Part shown: positions 27,001 through 38,579 of the stretch, piece after piece
Numbering within the stretch: position 1 is the first letter of the stretch
Layout: each line of letters starts with the position of its first letter
Assembly: GCA_051362555.1 (NCBI GenBank)
Contig: JBPQGU010000016.1
Coordinates: 3,658,001 to 3,722,000, forward strand
Origin: Lingula anatina
Lineage: Eukaryota > Animalia > Brachiopoda
Reading direction: 5' to 3'
DNA: 64,000 nucleotides
Position numbers and translations under genes: made by a program
Notes under the pieces: generated by a model
What the model saw: only the letters and a program-made list of their open reading frames with translations
Database searches by the model: none
What the model was told of the DNA's origin: nothing

Positions 27001-30000
27001 TTGGGGGCCTTGATGAAGTGACCCGGGCGCGTTTCCACATTTTTTATGAATGACAGGTGTGGTAGATTGATTTTCGTCACTTTTTGGAAAAATTGGAGAC
27101 GGGTCGATTTTTGGTGATTTTGAGTGATTTTGAACAGTGCCGGCACTGTGAGATTTCTTCAATTTTGGCCAGGTAGGGATGAAAATTTTTTTTCTTCATT
27201 ATAGTGTCAGGTAGGTGTGTTCGGTCATTTGTGGTAAGAATAAAGTGCTGGAAGAGTGGTGGTGTCAACATTAAGGAAGAAATAGAGCAAAAACTCTCTC
27301 TCCCCCCCCCTCTCAGATTCTGTTCTCAGAGCTTATTTTTGGATCATCTTTAAAGCTAGAATTGGGGGCCTTGATGAAGTGACCCGGGCGCATTTCCACA
27401 TTTTTTATGAATGACAGGTGTGGTAGATTGATTTTCGTCACTTTTTGGAAAAATCGGAGACGGGTCGATTTTTGGTGATTTTGAGTGATTTTGAACAGTG
27501 CCGGCACTGTGAGATTTCTTCAATTTTGGCCAGGTAGGGATGAAAATTTTTTTCTTCATTATAGTGTCAGGTAGGTGTGTTCGGTCATTTGTAGTAAGAA
27601 TAAAGTGCTGGAAGAGTGGTGGTGTCAACATTAAGGAAGAAATAGAGCAAAAACTCTCTCTCCCCCCCTCTCAGATTCTGTTCTCAGAGCTTATTTTTGG
27701 ATCATCTTTAAAGCTAGAATTGGGGGCCTTGATGAAGTGACCCGGGCGCGTTTCCACATTTTTTATGAATGACAGGTGTGGTAGATTGATTTTCGTCACT
27801 TTTTGGAAAAATCGGAGACGGGTTGATTTTTGGTGATTTTGAGTGATTTTGAACAGTGCCGGCACTGTGAGATTTCTTCAATTTTGGCCAGGTAGGGATG
27901 AAAATTTTTTTTCTTCATTATAGTGTCAGGTAGGTGTGTTCGGTCATTTGTAGTAAGAATAAAGTGCTGGAAGAGTGGTGGTGTCAACATTAAGGAAGAA
28001 ATAGAGCAAAAACTCTCTCTCCCCCCCCCCTCTCAGATTCTGTTCTCAGAGCTTATTTTTGGATCATCTTTAAAGCTAGAATTGGGGGCCTTGATGAAGT
28101 GACCCGGGCGCGTTTCCACATTTTTTATGAATGACAGGTGTGGTAGATTGATTTTCGTCACTTTTTGGAAAAATTGGAGACGGGTCGATTTTTGGTGATT
28201 TTGAGTGATTTTGAACAGTGCCGGCACTGTGAGATTTCTTCAATTTTGGCCAGGTAGGGATGAAAATTTTTTTTCTTCATTATAGTGTCAGGTAGGTGTG
28301 TTCGGTCATTTGTAGTAAGAATAAAGTGCTGGAAGAGTGGTGGTGTCAACATTAAGGAAGAAATAGAGCAAAAACTCTCTCTCCCCCCCCCCCCCCTCTC
28401 AGATTCTGTTCTCAGAGCTTATTTTTGGATCATCTTTAAAGCTAGAATTGGGGGCCTTGATGAAGTGACCCGGGCGCATTTCCACATTTTTTATGAATGA
28501 CAGGTGTGGTAGATTGATTTTCGTCACTTTTTGGAAAAATCGGAGACGGGTCGATTTTTGGTGATTTTGAGTGATTTTGAACAGTGCCGGCACTGTGAGA
28601 TTTCTTCAATTTTGGCCAGGTAGGGATGAAAATTTTTTTCTTCATTATAGTGTCAGGTAGGTGTGTTCGGTCATTTGTAGTAAGAATAAAGTGCTGGAAG
28701 AGTGGTGGTGTCAACATTAAGGAAGAAATAGAGCAAAAACTCTCTCTCCCCCCCCCTCTCAGATTCTGTTCTCAGAGCTTATTTTTGGATCATCTTTAAA
28801 GCTAGAATTGGGGGCCTTGATGAAGTGACCCGGGCGCGTTTCCACATTTTTTATGAATGACAGGTGTGGTAGATTGATTTTCGTCACTTTTTGGAAAAAT
28901 TGGAGACGGGTCGATTTTTGGTGATTTTGAGTGATTTTGAACAGTGCCGGCACTGTGAGATTTCTTCAATTTTGGCCAGGTAGGGATGAAAATTTTTTTT
29001 CTTCATTATAGTGTCAGGTAGGTGTGTTCGGTCATTTGTAGTAAGAATAAAGTGCTGGAAGAGTGGTGGTGTCAACATTAAGGAAGAAATAGAGCAAAAA
29101 CTCTCTCTCCCCCCCCCCCCCTCTCAGATTCTGTTCTCAGAGCTTATTTTTGGATCATCTTTAAAGCTAGAATTGGGGGCCTTGATGAAGTGACCCGGGC
29201 GCATTTCCACATTTTTTATGAATGACAGGTGTGGTAGATTGATTTTCGTCACTTTTTGGAAAAATCGGAGACGGGTCGATTTTTGGTGATTTTGAGTGAT
29301 TTTGAACAGTGCCGGCACTGTGAGATTTCTTCAATTTTGGCGAGGTAGGGATGAAAATTTTTTTTCTTCATTATAGTGTCAGGTAGGTGTGTTCGGTCAT
29401 TTGTAGTAAGAATAAAGTGCTGGAAGAGTGGTGGTGTCAACATTAAGGAAGAAATAGAGCAAAAACTCTCTCTCCCCCCCCCTCTCAGATTCTGTTCTCA
29501 GAGCTTATTTTTGGATCATCTTTAAAGCTAGAATTGGGGGCCTTGATGAAGTGACCCGGGCGCGTTTCCACATTTTTTATGAATGACAGGTGTGGTAGAT
29601 TGATTTTCGTCACTTTTTGGAAAAATCGGAGACGGGTCGATTTTTGGTGATTTTGAGTGATTTTGAACAGTGCCGGCACTGTGAGATTTCTTCAATTTTG
29701 GCCAGGTAGGGATGAAAATTTTTTTTCTTCATTATAGTGTCAGGTAGGTGTGTTCGGTCATTTGTAGTAAGAATAAAGTGCTGGAAGAGTGGTGGTGTCA
29801 ACATTAAGGAAGAAATAGAGCAAAAACTCTCTCTCCCCCCCCTCTCAGATTCTGTTCTCAGAGCTTATTTTTGGATCATCTTTAAAGCTAGAATTGGGGG
29901 CCTTGATGAAGTGACCCGGGCGCATTTCCACATTTTTTATGAATGACAGGTGTGGTAGATTGATTTTCGTCACTTTTTGGAAAAATCGGAGACGGGTCGA

Positions 30001-33000
30001 TTTTTGGTGATTTTGAGTGATTTTGAACAGTGCCGGCACTGTGAGATTTCTTCAATTTTGGCCAGGTAGGGATGAAAATTTTTTTCTTCATTATAGTGTC
30101 AGGTAGGTGTGTTCGGTCATTTGTAGTAAGAATAAAGTGCTGGAAGAGTGGTGGTGTCAACATTAAGGAAGAAATAGAGCAAAAACTCTCTCTCCCCCCC
30201 TCTCAGATTCTGTTCTCAGAGCTTATTTTTGGATCATCTTTAAAGCTAGAATTGGGGGCCTTGATGAAGTGACCCGGGCGCGTTTCCACATTTTTTATGA
30301 ATGACAGGTGTGGTAGATTGATTTTCGTCACTTTTTGGAAAAATCGGAGACGGGTTGATTTTTGGTGATTTTGAGTGATTTTGAACAGTGCCGGCACTGT
30401 GAGATTTCTTCAATTTTGGCCAGGTAGGGATGAAAATTTTTTTTCTTCATTATAGTGTCAGGTAGGTGTGTTCGGTCATTTGTAGTAAGAATAAAGTGCT
30501 GGAAGAGTGGTGGTGTCAACATTAAGGAAGAAATAGAGCAAAAACTCTCTCTCCCCCCCCCTCTCAGATTCTGTTCTCAGAGCTTATTTTTGGATCATCT
30601 TTAAAGCTAGAATTGGGGGCCTTGATGAAGTGACCCGGGCGCGTTTCCACATTTTTTATGAATGACAGGTGTGGTAGATTGATTTTCGTCACTTTTTGGA
30701 AAAATCGGAGACGGGTCGATTTTTGGTGATTTTGAGTGATTTTGAACAGTGCCGGCACTGTGAGATTTCTTCAATTTTGGCCAGGTAGAGATGAAAATTT
30801 TTTTTCTTCATTATAGTGTCAGGTAGGTGTGTTCGGTCATTTGTAGTAAGAATAAAGTGCTGGAAGAGTGGTGGTGTCAACATTAAGGAAGAAATAGAGC
30901 AAAAACTCTCTCTCCCCCCCCCCCCCCCTCTCAGATTCTGTTCTCAGAGCTTATTTTTGGATCATCTTTAAAGCTAGAATTGGGGGCCTTGATGAAGTGA
31001 CCCGGGCGCATTTCCACATTTTTTATGAATGACAGGTGTGGTAGATTGATTTTCGTCACTTTTTGGAAAAATCGGAGACGGGTCGATTTTTGGTGATTTT
31101 GAGTGATTTTGAACAGTGCCGGCACTGTGAGATTTCTTCAATTTTGGCCAGGTAGGGATGAAAATTTTTTTCTTCATTATAGTGTCAGGTAGGTGTGTTC
31201 GGTCATTTGTAGTAAGAATAAAGTGCTGGAAGAGTGGTGGTGTCAACATTAAGGAAGAAATAGAGCAAAAACTCTCTCTCCCCCCCCCTCTCAGATTCTG
31301 TTCTCAGAGCTTATTTTTGGATCATCTTTAAAGCTAGAATTGGGGGCCTTGATGAAGTGACCCGGGCGCGTTTCCACATTTTTTATGAATGACAGGTGTG
31401 GTAGATTGATTTTCGTCACTTTTTGGAAAAATTGGAGACGGGTCGATTTTTGGTGATTTTGAGTGATTTTGAACAGTGCCGGCACTGTGAGATTTCTTCA
31501 ATTTTGGCCAGGTAGGGATGAAAATTTTTTTTCTTCATTATAGTGTCAGGTAGGTGTGTTCGGTCATTTGTAGTAAGAATAAAGTGCTGGAAGAGTGGTG
31601 GTGTCAACATTAAGGAAGAAATAGAGCAAAAACTCTCTCTCCCCCCCCCTCTCAGATTCTGTTCTCAGAGCTTATTTTTGGATCATCTTTAAAGCTAGAA
31701 TTGGGGGCCTTGATGAAGTGACCCGGGCGCGTTTCCACATTTTTTATGAATGACAGGTGTGGTAGATTGATTTTCGTCACTTTTTGGAAAAATCGGAGAC
31801 GGGTCGATTTTTGGTGATTTTGAGTGATTTTGAACAGTGCCGGCACTGTGAGATTTCTTCAATTTTGGCCAGGTAGGGATGAAAATTTTTTTTCTTCATT
31901 ATAGTGTCAGGTAGGTGTGTTCGGTCATTTGTAGTAAGAATAAAGTGCTGGAAGAGTGGTGGTGTCAACATTAAGGAAGAAATAGAGCAAAAACTCTCTC
32001 TCCCCCCCCTCTCAGATTCTGTTCTCAGAGCTTATTTTTGGATCATCTTTAAAGCTAGAATTGGGGGCCTTGATGAAGTGACCCGGGCGCATTTCCACAT
32101 TTTTTATGAATGACAGGTGTGGTAGATTGATTTTCGTCACTTTTTGGAAAAATCGGAGACGGGTCGATTTTTGGTGATTTTGAGTGATTTTGAACAGTGC
32201 CGGCACTGTGAGATTTCTTCAATTTTGGCCAGGTAGGGATGAAAATTTTTTTTCTTCATTATAGTGTCAGGTAGGTGTGTTCGGTCATTTGTAGTAAGAA
32301 TAAAGTGCTGGAAGAGTGGTGGTGTCAACATTAAGGAAGAAATAGAGCAAAAACTCTCTCTCCCCCCCCCTCTCAGATTCTGTTCTCAGAGCTTATTTTT
32401 GGATCATCTTTAAAGCTAGAATTGGGGGCCTTGATGAAGTGACCCGGGCGCGTTTCCACATTTTTTATGAATGACAGGTGTGGTAGATTGATTTTCGTCA
32501 CTTTTTGGAAAAATCGGAGACGGGTCGATTTTTGGTGATTTTGAGTGATTTTGAACAGTGCCGGCACTGTGAGATTTCTTCAATTTTGGCCAGGTAGGGA
32601 TGAAATTTTTTTTCTTCATTATAGTGTCAGGTAGGTGTGTTCGGTCATTTGTAGTAAGAATAAAGTGCTGGAAGAGTGGTGGTGTCAACATTAAGGAAGA
32701 AATAGAGCAAAAACTCTCTCTCCCCCCCCTCTCAGATTCTGTTCTCAGAGCTTATTTTTGGATCATCTTTAAAGCTAGAATTGGGGGCCTTCTTGAAGTG
32801 ACCCGGGCGCGTTTCCACATTTTTTATGAATGACAGGTGTGAAAGATTGATTTTCGTCACTTTTTGGAAAAATCGGAGACGGGTCGATTTTTGGTGATTT
32901 TGAGTGATTTTGAACAGTGCCGGCACTGTGAGATTTCTTCAATTTTGGCCAGGTAGGGATGAAATTTTTTTTTCTTCATTATAGTGTCAGGTAGGTGTGT

Positions 33001-33440
33001 TCGGTCATTTGTAGTAAGAATAAAGTGCTGGAAGAGTGGTGGTGTCAACATTAAGGAAGAAATAGAGCAAAAACTCTCTCTCCCCCCCCCCCCCTCTCAG
33101 ATTCTGTTCTCAGAGCTTATTTTTGGATCATCTTTAAAGCTAGAATTGGGGGCCTTGATGAAGTGACCCGGGCGCGTTTCCACATTTTTTATGAATGACA
33201 GGTGTGGTAGATTGATTTTCGTCACTTTTTGGAAAAATCAGAGACGGGTCGATTTTTGGTGATTTTGAGTGATTTTGAACAGTGCCGGCACTGTGAGATT
33301 TCTTCAATTTTGGCCAGGTAGGGATGAAAATTTTTTTTCTTCATTATAGTGTCAGGTAGGTGTATTCGGTCATTTGTAGTAAGCATAAAATGCTTGAAGA
33401 GTGGTGGTGTCAACATTATGGAAGAAATAAAGCAAAAACT
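1..33440. repeat. Satellite DNA array, ~361-bp monomer (about 358-370 bp depending on a poly-C tract), ~92 head-to-tail copies; open at the left window edge
   Basis: The unit gaaaattttttttcttcattatagtgtcaggtagg...ttggccaggtagggat recurs at 1, 361, 722 and onward with very few substitutions. The array ends in a more diverged partial monomer at ~33360-33440 (agcaaaaact|atgtatacag). Confidence 0.99.
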
Positions 33441-35019
33441 ATGTATACAGATTCCTGCTATATTATTATTTTATCTTTAATTTATCGAATTTTATGATGC
33501 CTTTCCTATATACATAGTCCTTTTTTAAAATAATTACCGTATCAGTTTTTTAAAACCTAGAACAAAAGTTTTCAGTTTGTCTGTCTTTTTTATTCCAGCA
33601 ATTTCAGCAGCCATTACTGTTTCCGAGACACCTTGCCTGTGCTATCAAACGAAGCCTGTTACTTACAGCACAGGAGCACCAAAGAGTTTGAAGAGTGCTT
33701 TACAAGTCATCAGTCAAATTAAGCAGAAATGGTCTTAGCTTTGCAAACCGGTGTCAAAGGGTCAAATCAAGTATTCCAAGCCTTCCAAGGACTAGTATGA
33801 TGTAAGTCAGTATGGACAATATATTAAAGGTCCAAAAGCATCAAAGTCTTTAAGGTACTCGCCCCACGCCGCAGCATGTCATCGAAGAAATGACCCCTTG
33901 ATGATAGGGATATGGATTGCAAGTGTTCTGGAGGCTCCAAGACAACTGTCTATAGCAGGTTCTGGTACTTGCATAGTGGGTCTTCAAACCCTTGGTATAG
34001 AAAGTACAAACCAGCAGCTTAATCTGGAAGTTAAAAAGAAAAAACAGTCATAAGTCCATGCATTAAAATCATGTTGAAATCTCTTTTTGGAAATTAGAAA
34101 AACGACTATTGCAATTATTAGAGAAGGCTTAATTAACTTTGAGTGTGCATTTTTTATGAACTGATACTTCCTTGTGAACAAAAACTCTGAAAAGATTTCC
34201 ACATTTTGTATTTTTGGCAATAATGAGAAATGAATGAACATTCATTGATTAATTATTATCATTATTTATTTATTCATTTATTTTTTTGCTATTTCCACTT
34301 GAGGGTGCTTACGCAAATTTGGCAGATTTCCCAAGTTTTGGGTTAAATAATAATAATTTATTGAGCACTGAAATGTTTTTACATTTAGAAGCTCTCTAGC
34401 TACTATACATTATACATATGGAAAGATAGTAAGGATAGTAAGTAAATGAAAGAGAAAAAAAAAATTATACTTATATAATGTTACACAATATACATTCTCT
34501 TAATATCCAGGTGAGATGCATTTTTTTTAAAAGCACAATGTTGTTATTTTGGGTCTTTATGAGGTAATGTGATTTTGTCAGCATATTAGTTAAATGAACA
34601 ACTTTGTCTGGATGCCCCACTCCTGCCTCAAATGAGATTTTAAAAGCAAACATCAATATCTATAAAGTCAGGTTTTAATGCTTATTTTTGAACACATTTC
34701 ACATAAATCACATTTCACATGATGATCTGGGCTGATTTTGTCAAAGTTAAAGAAACCCCATTTTGAACACTGATGACAATTTAAGTAAAACCATGTTACT
34801 CATGGATCTCAATCTTACAGAAAAGGTAAATTGGACTAAAATACAGCTTGAGTTAGAAAACTGAACTGATTGCATTCTTTTTCTGAGAGTTATTTATTTA
34901 TTTAATTATCATTATTATTATTATTTATTATTATTATTTTCAAAATATTTTTTTTTCACATATTAGCATTTTCTTCGTGAGACTTGGAACTCCCACGGGA
35001 TGAAATTCCAGCTCCCACT

Positions 35020-35260
35020 CTCAAGCCCCTGGGGAGCTTTTTGAAATAATATAAAGATGAAATTTGGGTCTTTTTAAAATAATTAAAATAATGATGTCAG
35101 GAAGGTGTGTTTTGTTTTTTCTAGCCATCCACAGGTAATTTTTTTTTTTCAATATTTCTTGTGAATTAAAAAAATATTTTTCCATCCCCCTCCCCAACCT
35201 CAAACCCCTGAGGAGCTTTTTGAAGTACTATAAAGATGCAATTTGGGGATTTAATGATGA
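35020..35260 (+). repeat. Degenerate ~180-bp direct repeat with similarity to the 361-bp satellite
   Basis: ctcaagcccctggggagctttttgaaataatataaagatgaaatttggg (35020) resembles ctcaaacccctgaggagctttttgaagtactataaagatgcaatttgggg (35199). Both resemble satellite gagcttatttttggatcatctttaaagctagaattgggg. The motif tgtcaggaaggtgtgtt resembles satellite tgtcaggtaggtgtgtt. Confidence 0.55.
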
Positions 35261-35932
35261 GATGTTGATATGTTTAGACAATTATTGTGAATGATCCCTT
35301 TCCGTCTCAGCACTGATACTCCTCCGCACCATTACTCCCTCGCACCGATAGGCCTATACTACCCCTTACACTCCATCGACCTCACCCGCATCTTAAAGCT
35401 CCTGCAACGATACTCTCTCACAGCCTTTGCAATTGGTTAAAACTGCTACCAACAAAACACAATGATTGATCTAAAAACTCTCGAAATACTATTTTTCCGA
35501 AAGTGCACCACCCTCTTGGGACCCAAAAGTGACACATTTCATTAGAAATATTGTGGAAAAATAAGGGAATTACTAAAGTTGGTCTGCTTAGTAACAAAGT
35601 ACATAGTCGATCTAATATGTATGCAGCTCGGCTTTGTGATTATTAAGAAATATCTGTATACTTCACTTCGTTCTTCAACAGTGGTTACTGTATACAATAT
35701 GTGCATCTTCTTCTTGATTTGTTTATTAATTATTTTACTAAAAGTATGTTTTTAACAGAAGATAGCAAAGACGACATAATCTTTTCTTCAGGGGCCACTC
35801 TATTCGTAAAAGAAATTGAAACAACAACAACAAAAAAAAACATTGTTTAAGCGAGAAATTGCCGCCTTTGTCCTCCTGGAAATGTGAGATTCTACAATTT
35901 AGGCTGTCCTTGGGCGATTGTAGGAACCACTG

Positions 35933-36100
35933 CAGGGGCGGATCCAGAGCTATATACTGACAGTCTTCCAAATTATCTTTGTTGATTCATCCTCCAATTT
36001 TGACCGTCTTCCAACATTAAAAATTGGATACCCGTCAATGTAAACTTGAAAATCTGACCGTCTTCTGGAAGACCCAGAAGACGGCCTAAATCCGCCCCTG
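35933..36100. mobile_element. MITE (CAGGGGCGGATCCAG family), 168 bp, 5-bp TSD cactg
   Basis: TIRs caggggcggatccag and ctaaatccgcccctg, with cactg on both flanks. Internal hairpin ccgtcttctgg-aagac-ccagaagacgg. Confidence 0.85.
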
Positions 36101-36262
36101 CACTGAACACCTACAGTATAATGCGCTTAAATTACTGTTTTTTCTTTACGGTTCTGTTTGTAATAGAAATCTAGGACAGAAAAAATTACAACTTGAATGT
36201 AACATCATAAATCCTTAAAAATAGATAACAAATCCGATTGTGTTTATTGCCAGTACAGCTCT

Positions 36263-36320
36263 CAGGGGCGAATCCAGGATTTCGAAGACTAGGTGGTTAG
36301 TTTTTATTGACCCCGCTTCT
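36263..36320. mobile_element. Truncated MITE of the same family (left end only)
   Basis: caggggcgaatccaggattt matches the family TIR; no clear right TIR. Confidence 0.5.
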
Positions 36321-37198
36321 ACGTGGACGGAACGGTTCATTTTTAACATTGAATAAATTAATTGAATTAATATTCATTAAAATTAAATCAAATAAAATAA
36401 CGATGCATGATGATTAGTAATGCAAGATTTATGCCGCAAAGTCGCTTGTCAGACTACATCTAAGATGATCTCACGACATACTTGGGTATGGCTGTTTAGA
36501 TGTAGGGGGTAGAGGCACTATTTGAAGGCAGCTGAAGGAAAAAATCGAAAGGAGTTCGATGGCATTTAGCATTACATGGTCCATTTCTCAGTAAAGAATA
36601 CTAAATAAAGAAATTATACATACTTCAGGATGGCTCACTGCGGTTTTCGTCCACACATAGGCAACCAGTAATTCGGACTCTACTAGCGATAATGTAAACA
36701 CACCTTGAATGCCCATTTATATATTTGCTTTTCTAGTTAAACTTAGCAATGTGTATTAATTTTGTTCGAAAAAAAAAAAGCATTCCACTGTAATTTGCGA
36801 CCGCGTCCATGTGCACCAATGCAGGCCTATTCTATTTATGGAGATGGTCACATAATCAGCAAAACGGAAATTTAACTGGTACATGTACAAGTTTCGAAAT
36901 AAAATGTTTGTCAAACCTTTATAATATCTAGAGCTTTTGTTGTTTGAAACATGTTTAACTAAAATGTAAGAAAAACGAAAAAAGTAAGCAGCAAGCTGGT
37001 AGGCAGTAAGTGAAAGCCTGGTCTGAACACTGAATTTCTAGGTAACCATGTATTTTTCACACCCCCTAATTTCATTTCCACAACGATCCGTGAATGAGGT
37101 TAAAAAGCAATAACATACTTGTGTGACAGGACAAAATGCTTTGTTTATTACGCCACTTTATCTTGTCAAATGAAGCATGAATTTGAAAAACCATGAAA

Positions 37199-37560
37199 AC
37201 TAGAGGATCAGAGAGGTGATACCGCCTGAGGGTATTGTACCACCAGCTGGAGTAAGCTCATTCGTATAGAAAAGTGAAAAAAGGGACACCACCTCCAGTG
37301 TTGTGCTGGACAAGCTCTACATGCAGTAAGCAAAAGTTCTAAATAGTTTTGTTGAAAATTACCATTTAAAACAAAATCATGAGGAAAAGTAAAAGTTAAA
37401 ATTCAAATTTGTGAAGTGCAGTTCATGGCAAAAAGTAGGTCAAAGCTCAATTTCAAGAACACAGATTGTCAGCATATGACTGCCTATTCAAGTTCAATAG
37501 TGATTATGGGCATATCTCTGCTAGTTTTGGAGATAGAAAAGTTGCAAAGTTGCGCGGCTC
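37199..37560. mobile_element. Probable Helentron-associated (HINE/DINE-1-like) non-autonomous fragment
   Basis: Begins aactagagg and contains aaaagtaggtcaa and atatctctgctagttttggagata motifs. This is motif-level resemblance to invertebrate Helentron derivatives only. Confidence 0.4.
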
Positions 37561-37760
37561 ATTATAAAATCGCCACCTTTTAAAATTTCCAGTTGTACTA
37601 AGTGCACGTGGTTTGCAGATTAATTTTAGCCATTAAGAGCGTTAGATTGAAACCTTTTGCCGCTACAAATACAACAACTTGATTGATATCTTAGGCGATT
37701 ATCAAAAACAGACAATAGCAAGAATCACTTACCTGCTGTAGGTTACAAGGGCGACCAACC

Positions 37761-37974
37761 CAGGGGCGGGACCAGGATTATTTGAAGGGGGGTCCACGGA
37801 TGCAAAACCGACCCTTATCTTAGAGGGCGAACGGTGCTATTTAGTACTTTTTAGAACTATGATTCGGCTAGAGAAAATACTTATTTCATAAGGGGACCAT
37901 CGGTGTGATTATTTTTAGAAACTGAAGGGGAGGAGGTCAGGACCCCCTGACCCCCCCCTCCCAATCCGCCACTG
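37761..37974. mobile_element. MITE (CAGGGGCGGATCCAG family), 214 bp, imperfect 5-bp TSD caacc/caact
   Basis: caggggcgggaccagga at the left end and caatccgccactg at the right, with subterminal ggtcaggaccccctgacccccc. Confidence 0.8.
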
Positions 37975-38249
37975 CAACTACCAATGGACCTCGGTGGACA
38001 CAGGTTAATTACATATCTGGCATTTGTGTCATAGGTTGTGCATTTAAGCTTTAAACTTAAGTTTTATAAATATTAAAGTACCTACCCTTTAACGCGAAGT
38101 AAGAATCACGGTCAGCCACCTTTGTTTATGAGACAGTAATCAGTGTTACGCCGACGACCATCACCTGATCTATTGAATTAAACGAGTGGAGTAGTAACGA
38201 ACCCTTGGAACGAATTTGAGAAATAAGCAAACCTGACTTTATCGAGTGT

Positions 38250-38363
38250 AGGGGAGTTCGATTTTCTAAAAAAAAAAAATGTACATTATATTTATAAAAA
38301 TTCAGTCGGAATCGAAACTCCCCCCCCCCCCGCCCCCACCGACCCTCCTAAATCCACCACTGG
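38250..38363. mobile_element. Degenerate MITE right end of the same family
   Basis: C-rich tract followed by ctaaatccaccactg. Confidence 0.4.
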
Positions 38364-38579
38364 CACAAATCTTTTGTCCTGTACCATCTAAACTGCGTCA
38401 CGTACAGCTCGATGTAGCGAGTCAATATAAATATAATTTCAATCGGTTGACGAGAGGAATTAAAGTGAAATTAATTTCTCTCTGGTTATGACACGCCAGA
38501 AGAGGGCGGGATTATGGTAGGGGAGTTTTCGTGTCATTTAGGCGATTGACACGGTACTGTTAACACGCTTATGATTACG

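Noticed and set aside
1-33440. Hundreds of 60-91 aa ORFs on both strands of the satellite
   Set aside because: They are repeat-derived, frameshifted freely by homopolymer length changes, and show no recognisable domain.
1-33440. CRISPR array, 5S/tRNA/snRNA gene array or other tandem RNA genes
   Set aside because: There are no unique spacers and no cas genes, the context is eukaryotic, and I recognise no RNA gene or A/B box in the monomer.
33852-33870. actcgccccac match to the 34-bp minisatellite, and a TTAA-GGT Kolobok-like terminus
   Set aside because: The match is only 11 bp, and I found no partner inverted terminus.
33590-34241. Host exon or ORF just beyond the satellite
   Set aside because: An acceptor-like site exists, but the frames are short with no recognisable homology.
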